64,000 bases of DNA, taken from an uncultured Thermoproteaceae archaeon. Lineage in GTDB: Archaea; Thermoproteota; Thermoprotei; Thermoproteales; Thermocladiaceae. Positions 54,062-64,000 of this stretch are shown one piece after another. A program made the translations under genes and the position numbers. Each line of letters starts with the position of its first letter. Positions within the stretch are counted from its first letter, which is position 1. A model generated the notes under the pieces. It made no database searches, was not told the origin of the DNA, and was given only the letters and a program-made list of their open reading frames with translations. The stretch spans positions 480,001 through 544,000 of the forward strand of contig CAZNTG010000006.1 of assembly GCA_964575955.1 (NCBI GenBank), in the 5' to 3' direction.

Positions 54062-55050
54062 AATACTCTCCTCCTATGAATCATCCTTATATGATCAAAG
54101 AATGTACCTTCCTCTTCTCTTAACTCTCTACCTGTCAAATATATAAATACGTCATTTAGCGTAGGCTTCTTATAACTAATTTCCTCAATCTGTATACCAT
54201 ACTTATGACATAGTTCAAAAATTTCAGGTAGTGCTTTTGAAGCATTTTCAACAATAATTTTAACCTTCCTATCAGATATTGGTTTAATATCTTTAACATC
54301 TTTCAAATTCTTAAAGATTCCTAATGGTGGTATATCTACAAACTTGATATAAACTACCTCTCTACCCAACGTAGATTTCAAAGATTCAGGTGTACCTTCA
54401 GCAACAATTTCACCTCTATCAATTATAGCTATCCTATCACATAGTTGTTCTGCCTCCTCCATGTAGTGTGTTGTTAGTAGTATAGTTATCTTATACTCAT
54501 CTCTAAGCATCTTAATGTAATTCCAAATCTTAACTCTACTAGCTGGATCAAGACCAAGAGTTGGCTCATCTAGAAATAGTATCTCAGGATTGTGTAATAA
54601 TGCTCTAGCAATTTCAACCCTCCTCTTCATACCACCTGATAGAGATTTTACAAGTCTATTAGCACAGTGTTTTAATTCAACAAGTTCAAGCATTTCATTT
54701 ATCCTCTTCTTAAGTTCTATAGTACTCATATTGTATATCTTACCATGAAGCCATAGATTTTCATAAACTGTTAAATTTAGATCTAGAGTAATATCTTGAA
54801 AAACTACACCAATCTTCTTTCTAACATCATCAGGATTCTTAACAACATCGAAACCAGCAACAATAGCTTTACCTGATGTTGGTTTAATAACTGTCGTTAA
54901 GATGTGTATTGTAGTTGACTTACCAGCACCGTTAGGTCCTAGAAGTCCAAATATTTCACCTCTCCTAACATTAAAGCTAATACCTCTTAATGCAACTATA
55001 TTTCCAAACTTCTTTACAAGATTTTCAACAATAATACTATGGTCTATCAT
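54058..55050 (-). CDS. ABC exporter ATPase (DrrA-like)
   Basis: GPNGAGKS, LSGGMKRR, LDEPT and TTHY. Confidence 0.95.
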   Translation of the reverse strand: MIDHSIIVENLVKKFGNIVALRGISFNVRRGEIFGLLGPNGAGKSTTIHILTTVIKPTSGKAIVAGFDVVKNPDDVRKKIGVVFQDITLDLNLTVYENLWLHGKIYNMSTIELKKRINEMLELVELKHCANRLVKSLSGGMKRRVEIARALLHNPEILFLDEPTLGLDPASRVKIWNYIKMLRDEYKITILLTTHYMEEAEQLCDRIAIIDRGEIVAEGTPESLKSTLGREVVYIKFVDIPPLGIFKNLKDVKDIKPISDRKVKIIVENASKALPEIFELCHKYGIQIEEISYKKPTLNDVFIYLTGRELREEEGTFFDHIRMIHRRRVL

Positions 55051-55058
55051 ATCAACAC

Positions 55059-55546
55059 CTACCTATACTTATCAACTATCTCATTTATTCTTCTTGATGT
55101 TTCATTTAAAATTTCTCTAATTTTGGCAAGATCATTATCATCTAGTTTATCTATATTTGATACGAGGTATTTAATACTTCTTACAAGTTCTATACCTCCA
55201 ATTTTAAGGAATTTTGATATTTTACTTGCTACTTTCATACATTCTTCAATTTCTTCTCTATGATTTTCAATATATTCAAGACCTTTCTTAGTTATCTTAT
55301 AGACTTTCAATTTTCTTTCACCAATCTCGGAGACTTCAACAAGCCCTTCCTTAACTAGCTTTTTTAAATGTGGATATATTACACCACTACTAACTCTATA
55401 TCCTATTATTTTTCTAACTCTTTAATAATTGCATATCCATGAGCCTCCTTTTCTTGCAGTATTTTTAATATTAAATTTCTAATTAATCCTCTCATAACTC
55501 TCTTGCATAATGTTCCTGTTCTCTCTATAGATATGTCTAGAGACAT
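55059..55546 (-). pseudogene. PadR-family regulator split by a 1-nt deletion (real or assembly error)
   Basis: The first frame reads MRGLIRNLILKILQEKEAHGYAIIKELEK then stops. The shifted frame continues IIGYRVSSGVIYPHLKKLVKEGLV...KVYKITKKG. The shift is in an A5 run (plus-strand T 55409-55413). Confidence 0.85.
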
Positions 55547-55554
55547 GTCTAGAG
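55533..55554. promoter_or_regulatory. Possible PadR operator
   Basis: ATGTCT-AG-AGACAT palindrome within two ATGTCTAGAG direct repeats over the padR start. Confidence 0.4.
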
Positions 55555-55705
55555 CTACTTTCTAGGATTTAAAAGTCGTTCTCTAGAAGTTCATAATTTT
55601 TCTATATTGATCATATGTGTCAAATGTACTTCACATTGAGTCTATATATTGAGGTTGTTAGAGTAGGATGATTTTTATTCTAGTCACAGATATACTATGT
55701 GAGGT

Positions 55706-56644
55706 ATGATCTGGAAATTTGAGGAGGAGGAGAGAAGTGAGGAAGTTGTTGAAGAAGGTGAGAGTGGAGAAGTATCTTCAGAAGAGGCTAGTGAGGAGAT
55801 AGAAGTTAGAGAGGAGAAGCTTGAGGAAGAGATTGAAAAATCTGCAATAGCTGAAGAGGAGGTTTCTGAAGAAGCTGTATGTCAAGTAATGTTTCCAAAA
55901 GGTAAAGACGTTAAATATCTATTTACAGCTCTTGCAAATCTTCTACATGAAGCAAATCTAGTATTCACTCCTGATGGTATTAAGATGAAGTCTATAGATC
56001 CTTCAAAAGTCTCACTACTAATACTTGATATTCCAAGTATAAATCTTGAAGAAGTTCATGTAACTAGCGAGGTCAAGGTTGGTGTTGTATTTGATATCTT
56101 GAAGAAGATTGTCAAGAGAATAAAAGCTAGAGATAAGATAGAGTTCATGGTAAAACCGGGTGTAGGTAGATTCTACCTCACAATATATAGTAAGAAGGGT
56201 AAGGAAGCTGGAATATATAGAAGATTTGGAATACCAATCATAGCTGTTGCAGAAGAAGAAATACCTGAACCAAACATATCATATTCAGCACGTGTTAGAA
56301 TGGACATTGACACATTTACAGATATTGTAGCAGCAGCTGATGAGATAAGTGATGCTGTGACATTCATAATAAAGCCAGACACATTCATAATTAAGGCAGT
56401 TGGTGAAGGTGGTAAAGGACTAGAAGCAGAATACTCTAGAACAGATGAAGCAATATACGAGTTAGAGGCTGAGGAAACATCTGAAGCAACATTCTCAACA
56501 GAGTACATACTAGACTGTACAAGACAGATGAGGCAGATATGTGAGTATGTAATTATTGAATTATCAACAAATAAGCCATTAAAATTAACATATGAGTTCT
56601 CAGTAGGGAAATTACAGTTCTACCTAGCACCAAGAGCAGTATAG
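55706..56644 (+). CDS. pcn: PCNA sliding clamp with acidic N-terminal extension
   Basis: EANLVFTPDGI, SIDPSKVSL, ATFSTEY, KPLKLTY and FYLAPR. Confidence 0.93.
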   Translation: MIWKFEEEERSEEVVEEGESGEVSSEEASEEIEVREEKLEEEIEKSAIAEEEVSEEAVCQVMFPKGKDVKYLFTALANLLHEANLVFTPDGIKMKSIDPSKVSLLILDIPSINLEEVHVTSEVKVGVVFDILKKIVKRIKARDKIEFMVKPGVGRFYLTIYSKKGKEAGIYRRFGIPIIAVAEEEIPEPNISYSARVRMDIDTFTDIVAAADEISDAVTFIIKPDTFIIKAVGEGGKGLEAEYSRTDEAIYELEAEETSEATFSTEYILDCTRQMRQICEYVIIELSTNKPLKLTYEFSVGKLQFYLAPRAV

Positions 56645-56656
56645 TTATTTAAAAGT

Positions 56657-56705
56657 TCAGCTGTTCCAGCGTTCTTCACTTATCTGACAAATGCCTCTTC
56701 ATCAT
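56657..56705 (-). ncRNA. C/D-box methylation guide sRNA
   Basis: Minus strand reads ATGATGA-AGAGGCATTTGT-CAGA-TAA-GTGAAGA-ACGCTGGAACAG-CTGA. Confidence 0.87.
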
Positions 56706-56712
56706 CTAGAAT

Positions 56713-57318
56713 TTAGATATTTAGCATTTTTATAACATCTCCTATTCCCTGTATTATCAATGACACAGACCAACCTGCAACTATCAAGCTCATAAATCTT
56801 CCAATAAATTTCAACATATCCTGCCCTAGCCTTCTCAATATTTGTTGTGAAAATTTTATTATTAAATATGTAACTCCTGAAGCTATTAATATACTTAAAA
56901 TAACTTGCCATAATGGGTATGTACTTCTCATAACTAGTACAGCTGTTATTGCTCCAGGACCAACAAGCATTGGTGTAACTATTGGAACAAATACAAACTC
57001 TTCAACATTTATACTTGCAGTTTTTGGATAACCTTCTCTTAAAATATCTATAGATACTACAAGTAGTATTATCCCACCTGCAATTTCCAAATCAGGTGTT
57101 TTTATTGAAAATACTTCAAGAATATACTGACCAGCAAGTGCAAATATTATCAATATTGAAGGAACACCAATACCAACAAGCTTATCTATCTTCTTCAAAG
57201 TCTTCTCATCTGCTTGAGATATTACAGGAGCTAGTAGTGGTATTGCACCTGTAGGATCTATAATAGCTAATAATTGAAAAGCCATGAATAGAGTATTCAT
57301 TAATGCCTTCTCAATCAT
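56713..57318 (-). CDS. MarC family membrane protein
   Basis: IIDPTGAIP, IAGGIILL and VPIVTPMLVGPGAIT. Confidence 0.92.
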   Translation of the reverse strand: MIEKALMNTLFMAFQLLAIIDPTGAIPLLAPVISQADEKTLKKIDKLVGIGVPSILIIFALAGQYILEVFSIKTPDLEIAGGIILLVVSIDILREGYPKTASINVEEFVFVPIVTPMLVGPGAITAVLVMRSTYPLWQVILSILIASGVTYLIIKFSQQILRRLGQDMLKFIGRFMSLIVAGWSVSLIIQGIGDVIKMLNI

Positions 57319-57378
57319 GATCTAGGAAATGAGAGTAGATATTTAACTATCTCATTTAAATCTTTGAATAAGTGAAAT

Positions 57379-58665
57379 ATGGATACAATACTTGAAAAAG
57401 CATTAAAAGCAATAGAAAAATACAACCTTTGTAATCATTGTCTAGGTAGACTCTTCGCAAGACTTGGATATGGAATGGAAAATTATGAACGTGGAAAAGC
57501 AATAAAAGATACACTATTCATGATATTACACTCACGGATTGATGAGAAAGAAGAAAATTTAGAATATATTAAAAAACTTGCAAAATCAGGACATGAACCA
57601 TCTATAAGATTTCTAAAGGAAGTATATAATATTGATATAGAAGTAGATAAATGCTACATATGTAGAAATGAGATTTTCAATAGAATAGAAGAAATATCAA
57701 ACAAAGTTCTAGAATTTATAAATAGTATAGATGTAGAATTCAAAACATATCATATAGGTACAAGAATTCCAAAAGAATACATAATGAGAGATATTGAAGT
57801 ATCTACAGATATAGGATCAATATGGTCTGAATCTATTAAAAGAGAGTTAAATAGAATAATTGGTAAGAAGATTAAAAATGCTTTAGGAAATTCAAAGATA
57901 TTTGAAAGATTAAATCCTGATGTTGAAATAATTGTAGATGTGTTAAGTGGAGATGTTTCTATAGAAATTAAACCAATATACGTATATTCTAGATATAGAA
58001 AGCTTATTAGAGGTGTTTCACAGGTACAGCTTAGACTTAATGTAATATCATCACTTCAAAAAATACTAAATGAACATCTATGTCCTAAGTTTAATTGTGA
58101 AGAAGTTATTGTACATGCTTCAGGACGTGAAGATGTTGATGTTAGAATGCTTGGTAATGGTAGACCTCTAATAATATCTATAGTAAGACCAAGAAAGAGA
58201 CCTAGTATAGATATTGTTAAGAATATGTTAAATATTGATAATGAACCTGTGGAGATTATTACAGAATTCTTAAAATTTAGCACAAGGTCAGATATTAAGA
58301 AGTTGAAAAGTCAAGCTACTAGACATGCAAAAATCTATAGAGCACTTGTACTATTTGATAAAGATGTTGACGATTTAAAATTAAAATCTTTAGAAGAGTA
58401 TTTTCATAATAGACAGATTATTCAATATACTCCTAGAAGAATTAAGAGAAAGTCTCCAAAGAAGAAGAGAGTTAGGATTGTGTATGAATTAAAAACTTTC
58501 AAAATTAATAGTAGACTTGTAGAGTTCTATATTAAATGTCAAGGTGGTCTATATGTTAAGGAATTTATAACAGGTGATGAAGGTAGAACTAGTCCAAGTA
58601 TTAGTGATACTCTTGGTATTAATGCAATTCCACTAACTTTAGATGTACTTGATGTTTTAGATTAA
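57379..58665 (+). CDS. pus10: tRNA pseudouridine(54/55) synthase Pus10
   Basis: LCNHCLGR, HASGREDVDVRMLGNGRP and GGLYVKEFITGDEGRT. Confidence 0.95.
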   Translation: MDTILEKALKAIEKYNLCNHCLGRLFARLGYGMENYERGKAIKDTLFMILHSRIDEKEENLEYIKKLAKSGHEPSIRFLKEVYNIDIEVDKCYICRNEIFNRIEEISNKVLEFINSIDVEFKTYHIGTRIPKEYIMRDIEVSTDIGSIWSESIKRELNRIIGKKIKNALGNSKIFERLNPDVEIIVDVLSGDVSIEIKPIYVYSRYRKLIRGVSQVQLRLNVISSLQKILNEHLCPKFNCEEVIVHASGREDVDVRMLGNGRPLIISIVRPRKRPSIDIVKNMLNIDNEPVEIITEFLKFSTRSDIKKLKSQATRHAKIYRALVLFDKDVDDLKLKSLEEYFHNRQIIQYTPRRIKRKSPKKKRVRIVYELKTFKINSRLVEFYIKCQGGLYVKEFITGDEGRTSPSISDTLGINAIPLTLDVLDVLD

Positions 58666-59126
58666 TCTAAGACTTCTGCAATAATTATCATGTATTTTCT
58701 ATTATTGCATTCTACAGTATTTAATATTTTTAATACTTTTATCTTTGTTCCACTTTTAATAGCATTGTAGTCTTCTGATAATCTACTTTGACATTTTTCA
58801 TCTATTACTGTGTATGTTGTTATAACTCCCTCAATTATGTTTGGACTATATGGTACTGCTATTTTTATTGGTAATTCCTCAACTACTACAGGTATTAGTG
58901 CTTCACCTGTTAGTAAACATTTTTCAATTCTTGGAAGATTTACTTTTCTAACTTCTACGATTCTATATCTTCTACCTATCTTAAGTTTAGACATACATGC
59001 TTGATATAGTGGACATCTTCTACATTCTTCAGGTATTGAATATATTTTAAATATATGTCCTATCTTTGCCTGTCCTTCTCCAATTAGTGTTAATATTAGT
59101 TTTCTAGTATCAGTCTTAATCTGCAC
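58662..59126 (-). CDS. UPF0179 family protein
   Basis: TLIGEGQAKIG, ECRRCPLYQAC and GRRYRIVEVR. Confidence 0.85.
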   Translation of the reverse strand: MQIKTDTRKLILTLIGEGQAKIGHIFKIYSIPEECRRCPLYQACMSKLKIGRRYRIVEVRKVNLPRIEKCLLTGEALIPVVVEELPIKIAVPYSPNIIEGVITTYTVIDEKCQSRLSEDYNAIKSGTKIKVLKILNTVECNNRKYMIIIAEVLD

Positions 59127-59183
59127 CCTTCTACTCTCTTTAGACTAGTGTTTAAGTGTTTTTCAGATAGGTAAATTAACAAC

Positions 59184-60206
59184 ATGGAGAGTATTGTTGA
59201 AGGTATGGAGAAGGTTGAGATATTGTATAAGATTGATAATGAAGAGACAAATCCAGAATGGGGATGTCCACCATATAAGAGACCTATAGATAAATATATA
59301 AAGTATGGATTTGTTGTACTTGATAAGCCTAGAGGACCTACAAGTCATGAAGTTGTTGCATGGTTGAAAAGATTGTTAAATTTGAAGAAGGCTGGTCATG
59401 CGGGTACTCTAGATCCTGGTGTTTCAGGAGTTCTTCCTGTAGCTCTTGAAGAATCTACAAAAGCTCTTCAAGCAATTGCACATAGTGTTAAGGAGTATAT
59501 TGCTGTTATGAAGCTTCATGAAGATGTTCCTGAAGATAAGATCATTGAAGTATTTAAGATGTTTGAAGGTGAGATATATCAAAAACCACCACTTAGATGT
59601 GCTGTTAAGAGACAGTTAAGAACTAAGAGAGTGTACAAACTTGAACTTCTAGAAAAGAGTGGTAAGTACTGTATTGTTAGGATGGTTGTTGAAGCTGGAA
59701 CATATGCTAGAAAATTGATTCATGATATTGGCGAGGTATTGGGATGTGGTGCTAATATGAGAGAACTTAGAAGAGTTAGAGCAGGTATTTGGACTGAGAA
59801 TGATGCTGTAACACTTAATGAGATTAGAGAAGCATATGTAATATGGAAAGAGACTGGATATGAAGATCTACTTAGAAGATATATAAGACCTGTTGAAGAG
59901 ATGGTAAAACACCTACCCAAGATATGGGTTAGAGATTCTGCAGTAGATGCACTATGCCATGGTGCTGCACTTGCAGCTCCTGGAGTTGTAAAACTTACAA
60001 ATAATATTGAGAAAGGTTGTATGGTTGCAATATTCACACTTAAAGATGAGTTAATATGTCTTGCAAGAGCTGAGATGAATTCTAAAGAAATACTTTCAGC
60101 AAGTAAGGGTATTGTTGCTAGAGTTAGTAGAGTTGTAATGCCTAGAGGAACATATCCAAAACTTTGGAAAAGTGCTAGAGAGAAAGGTGAAGTTAAGTTT
60201 CAATAG
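59184..60206 (+). CDS. cbf5: H/ACA pseudouridine synthase Cbf5 with PUA domain
   Basis: [22 protein letters not shown] and PUA domain [11 protein letters not shown]. Confidence 0.96.
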   Translation: MESIVEGMEKVEILYKIDNEETNPEWGCPPYKRPIDKYIKYGFVVLDKPRGPTSHEVVAWLKRLLNLKKAGHAGTLDPGVSGVLPVALEESTKALQAIAHSVKEYIAVMKLHEDVPEDKIIEVFKMFEGEIYQKPPLRCAVKRQLRTKRVYKLELLEKSGKYCIVRMVVEAGTYARKLIHDIGEVLGCGANMRELRRVRAGIWTENDAVTLNEIREAYVIWKETGYEDLLRRYIRPVEEMVKHLPKIWVRDSAVDALCHGAALAAPGVVKLTNNIEKGCMVAIFTLKDELICLARAEMNSKEILSASKGIVARVSRVVMPRGTYPKLWKSAREKGEVKFQ

Positions 60207-60209
60207 TAC

Positions 60210-62204
60210 TTAAGAACTTCCAAGTAGTCTACTAAACTCCTCGTAAGCTCTCTTAACTTCTTCAACACTAGCCTCATCCTCCAATGTTGATACATCTCCA
60301 AGTGGTTGACCTAGTAGTACTGCCTTTATTAGTCTCCTCATAATCTTTCCACTTCTAGTTTTTGGTAATTTAGTTACGAAGTATACTTCTGATGGTTCTG
60401 CTACAGGTCCAATAGTCTTTCTAACCCACATTTTCAACTCTTTTGCAAGTTCTGGTGATGGTGTATATCCTTGCTTAAGTACTACAAATGCTACAGGTAC
60501 CTCACCCTTCACGGGGTCTGGCTTACCTACAACAGCTGATTCTGCAACTGCTGGATGTTGTATTAATGCTGACTCTATCTCTGCAGTTCCAATTCTATGA
60601 CCAGCAACTTTCAAAACTTCATCAGCTCTACCTAGAACCCATATATACCCATCTTCATCTTTAATAGCGAAGTCACCACTATAGTATAGTAGTACTGGGA
60701 ATTTACTCCAGTAAGTCTTTATGTATCTGTCAGGATCTTTATATATTGTCAATAACATTCCTGGCCATGGTGTCTTAATTACTAGATAGCCCTTAACTCC
60801 AGGTGGGCATGGTTCACCTTTCTCATTTACAACATCTGCATCAACTCCTGGTATTGGCATTGCGTTTGTTCCTGGCTTTAGTGGAATTAGCTTTAGTCCT
60901 GGTGTGTGTGATATTAGTATTATTCCTGTCTCAGTCATCCACCATGTTGATGATGCTGCACAATCTTCATTACATAGATTCTTGAAATACCATCTCCATG
61001 CTTCTGGATTTATTGGTTCACCAACTGTGTGAGCTATTCTAAGTGTTGATAAGTCATGCTTCTTTATCCAATCTTCACCATATCTCATGAACATTCTAAT
61101 TGCTGTTGGTGATGTGTAGAATATTGTTACTCCGTATCTCTCAATTATTGACCACCACCTATCTGGTGCTGGATAGTCAGGTGCACCTTCATACCATATG
61201 AATGTTAATCCTACTAGTAGTGGTCCATATAGATTATATGAGTGTCCTGTTATCCATCCAATATCTGCAGTATTGAAGAATATGTCATCATCACGTACAT
61301 CAAATATCCACTTCATTGTTGCGTATAGACCTACAGCATATCCGCCAATATCATGTACTATTCCTTTTGGCTTACCTGTAGTTCCTGATGTGTATAGTAT
61401 GAATAGCATATCTTCACTCTTCATTCTTTCAGGTTCTACATACACGTTCTTTGGCACGTCTGCCATTAGTTCATCGAAGAAGTAGTCTCTTCCCTGAACC
61501 ATGTTTATATCTTTCAATCCTACCCTCCTTATCACTATAACTTTCTCAACTGTTGGACACTGTTTTACTGCTTCATCAACAATATCTTTCAATCTTAAAA
61601 TCTTTCCTCTCCTATACATTCCATCTGCAGTAACTACAATTCTAGATTCTGCATCTCTAATGCGTTCAGCAAGTGCTTGTGAACTAAATCCACTAAATAC
61701 TACACTATGTGCAGCACCTATTCTAACAGTCGCTAGTAGAAATGCTGCTAGTTCAGGAATCATTGGACAGTAGAATGTTATTATCTCACCTTTTCTAACT
61801 CCAAGCTTATTCTTCAACATGTATGCAATTCTATTAGTCTCTCTCCAAAGTTCGTAATATGTTAACTTCCTAACTTCTAGAGGCTCGCCCTTATCATCTA
61901 CAGGCTCTCCCTCCCATATTAATGCAATCTTATTCTTCCTACCCTGCTGAATTTGCCAATCAAGACATAGATAACTCATGTTTGTCTCAGCACCAACAAA
62001 CCACTTGTAGAATGGTGGATTTGAAGCATCTAGAACCTTATCCCACTTCTTAAACCATGGTAATTGTTCTGCTATTTTTGCCCAAAACTCTTCAATATTC
62101 TTAAGACTTTCTTCTCGTAGTTTCTTAAACTCTTCAATACTTACAGCTCTATCTCTCCAGCTCTTAGGTATGATCTTCTCACCAAATGGTAATGCTTCAG
62201 ACAT
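60210..62204 (-). CDS. acs: AMP-forming acetyl-CoA synthetase
   Basis: YTSGTTGKPKG, WWMTETG and PKTRSGKIMRR. Confidence 0.96.
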   Translation of the reverse strand: MSEALPFGEKIIPKSWRDRAVSIEEFKKLREESLKNIEEFWAKIAEQLPWFKKWDKVLDASNPPFYKWFVGAETNMSYLCLDWQIQQGRKNKIALIWEGEPVDDKGEPLEVRKLTYYELWRETNRIAYMLKNKLGVRKGEIITFYCPMIPELAAFLLATVRIGAAHSVVFSGFSSQALAERIRDAESRIVVTADGMYRRGKILRLKDIVDEAVKQCPTVEKVIVIRRVGLKDINMVQGRDYFFDELMADVPKNVYVEPERMKSEDMLFILYTSGTTGKPKGIVHDIGGYAVGLYATMKWIFDVRDDDIFFNTADIGWITGHSYNLYGPLLVGLTFIWYEGAPDYPAPDRWWSIIERYGVTIFYTSPTAIRMFMRYGEDWIKKHDLSTLRIAHTVGEPINPEAWRWYFKNLCNEDCAASSTWWMTETGIILISHTPGLKLIPLKPGTNAMPIPGVDADVVNEKGEPCPPGVKGYLVIKTPWPGMLLTIYKDPDRYIKTYWSKFPVLLYYSGDFAIKDEDGYIWVLGRADEVLKVAGHRIGTAEIESALIQHPAVAESAVVGKPDPVKGEVPVAFVVLKQGYTPSPELAKELKMWVRKTIGPVAEPSEVYFVTKLPKTRSGKIMRRLIKAVLLGQPLGDVSTLEDEASVEEVKRAYEEFSRLLGSS

Positions 62205-62332
62205 CGTCTACATATCTCAAGATGAGCTTTATTTACAATATTCGAAATCTATAATGAAAAAATGCTGTAATTATGACAGATGTTTAAGTTTATTAGGAAC
62301 AAAATTTAAACTAGAAAACACATATAACCTGC

Positions 62333-62881
62333 ATGCTAATACAGGCTGATGATTCAATACTAGTAATAATAGACGTTCAGGAAAAGCTGTTTAACGTAGT
62401 TCTAAATAGAGAAATAATGCTTAAAAATATACTAAAGCTAGTCAAAGTGTGTAAGATACTTAACATACCTATAGTAATTACAGAACAATATCCAAAAGGT
62501 ATGGGTAAGACAGTTAGAGAACTTGTTGAAGAACTCGGTCAATACTATAGACCTATAGAGAAGACAACTTTCAGCTGTTTTAGAACTGAAACATTTGTAA
62601 AAGAGCTGGAGCGTATTGGTAGAAAAACACTACTACTAGTAGGAATAGAACTTCACATATGTGTCTACCAGACAGCTATAGATGCTCTAGAAAGAGGATA
62701 TCATCCAGTAGTTATTTATGATGCAACATCATCAAGATTGGAGAAAGATTATGAAATATGTCTAAACAGGTTAATTATGAAGAATGTAGATGTAGCAACA
62801 ACAGATATGATAATCTTCGAACTTTTAAAAGATGCTTCAGATCCAAGATTTAAAGAGATCTTAAAAATAGTTAAAGAATAG
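62333..62881 (+). CDS. Isochorismatase-family hydrolase
   Basis: IDVQEKL, TEQYPKGMGKT and GIELHICVYQT. Confidence 0.92.
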   Translation: MLIQADDSILVIIDVQEKLFNVVLNREIMLKNILKLVKVCKILNIPIVITEQYPKGMGKTVRELVEELGQYYRPIEKTTFSCFRTETFVKELERIGRKTLLLVGIELHICVYQTAIDALERGYHPVVIYDATSSRLEKDYEICLNRLIMKNVDVATTDMIIFELLKDASDPRFKEILKIVKE

Positions 62882-62902
62882 TAAAATCAATAGCAGTAAG
62901 GT

Positions 62903-63967
62903 ATGAATATACTTGACATAATTAGAAACTACTCACTAAAAGATATATCAATAGCAGTACTTGCAAGTCATTCAGCATTACAAATATTGAAAGGTGCTAG
63001 AGATGAAAATTTAAGAACTCTATTAATAGTTGAGAAAGATAGACTTGAATTATATGAAGAATTTAGTAATCTAGTTGATAAGTTTTTTATAGTTGAAAAA
63101 TTTAGAGATATTACGAAGATAGTAGATTTATTGAGAAAAGAAAATGCAATACTTATACCACATGGAAGCTCTGTCGAATATGTAGGCTCTGAAACATTTC
63201 TAAACATGCCAATACCAGTATTCGGAAATAGAAAGTTGATGATCTGGGAGAGTAGTCAGAAATTGAAGATGAAATTGCTTAGAGAAGCTGGAATTAAAGT
63301 TCCTAAAGAGTATAGTATAGAGGATGAGATTGATAGACCTGTAATTGTAAAACTTCCAGGAGCTAAAGGTGGTAAATATTTCTTTATAACAAACTCTAGA
63401 GAAGAGATTATTAGAAGAATTGAGAATTATGTTAAAAGTGGTATAGTTAACAATATTGAAGATGTATTAATACAGGAATATGTTATTGGAGTTCCAATGT
63501 ATTTTCACTACTTCTATAGTCCAATGTTTAACAGAGTTGAGATTTTGGGTATAGATATTAGATATGAGACAAATATTGATGGTCTTAAGAGATTTCCACT
63601 AATAGACAAGGTTAGTGTAGAACCAACATTTATAGTTGTTGGTAACATACCTGTAGTTATTAGAGAGAAGATGCTTCAAATAGTATTGAAGTATGGTAAG
63701 ATGTTTGTTGAAAAGAGTAGAGAACTTATACCACCAGGAGCTATAGGTCCATTTTGTCTTGAGAGTATTGTTGTTGATGATAATAATGTAGTTGTATTTG
63801 AGTTTAGTGGTAGAATTGTTGCAGGTACAAACATATACATTGGTTATGGTAGTCCTTATGGTTGGCTTTATTGGAATGAGCCTATGTACATGGGTAGGAG
63901 AATATGTAGAGAGATTAAGATAGCGTGTGAGAGAGGAATAAGGAATCTCGAGCTAATTCTTACATAG
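62903..63967 (+). CDS. purP: Formate-dependent FAICAR synthetase (PurP family)
   Basis: SHSALQI, PHGS, GAKGG and FEFSGRIVAGTN. Confidence 0.92.
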   Translation: MNILDIIRNYSLKDISIAVLASHSALQILKGARDENLRTLLIVEKDRLELYEEFSNLVDKFFIVEKFRDITKIVDLLRKENAILIPHGSSVEYVGSETFLNMPIPVFGNRKLMIWESSQKLKMKLLREAGIKVPKEYSIEDEIDRPVIVKLPGAKGGKYFFITNSREEIIRRIENYVKSGIVNNIEDVLIQEYVIGVPMYFHYFYSPMFNRVEILGIDIRYETNIDGLKRFPLIDKVSVEPTFIVVGNIPVVIREKMLQIVLKYGKMFVEKSRELIPPGAIGPFCLESIVVDDNNVVVFEFSGRIVAGTNIYIGYGSPYGWLYWNEPMYMGRRICREIKIACERGIRNLELILT

Positions 63968-64000
63968 CATAGTCTTTATATTTTTTCTAAAAGAAACCTA

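Noticed and set aside
57327-57358. Imperfect inverted repeat AAATGAGAGTAG...CTATCTCATTT between divergent marC and pus10
   Set aside because: AT-rich, imperfect and overlapping promoter sequence. Could be chance, and no cognate regulator is evident.
59380-59430. Crenarchaeal cbf5 BHB intron
   Set aside because: The reading frame is continuous through GHAGTLDP with no insertion.

Overview
AT-rich, gene-dense chromosomal segment of a crenarchaeon, most likely Thermoproteales: it carries the crenactin/arcadin (Arcade) cluster, Alba, and Thermoproteales-style sat plus its small partner gene. It is mostly core information-processing genes (rpoK, rpoE1, spt4, rpoA2, nusA, ribosomal proteins, aIF2-gamma, aIF5B, aIF1A, SRP54, PCNA, Cbf5, Pus10, hisS). 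I saw no integrase, transposase or CRISPR array. The most interesting signals lie outside the ORF track. (1) An isolated 3' half of a tRNA-Gln with a GC-rich leader and its own TATA box, a candidate trans-spliced split tRNA (22254-22311). (2) An unannotated ORF whose C-terminal half resembles the CdvB/ESCRT-III alpha1-alpha2 hairpin, in a lineage regarded as lacking Cdv (39099-39503). (3) A separately promoted kink-turn small RNA (about 50714-50775, minus strand). (4) Five C/D-box guide sRNAs. (5) An in-frame TAG in aIF2-gamma and a frameshift in a PadR regulator, either of which may be an assembly error. All family calls come from motif recognition by eye, not database searches.
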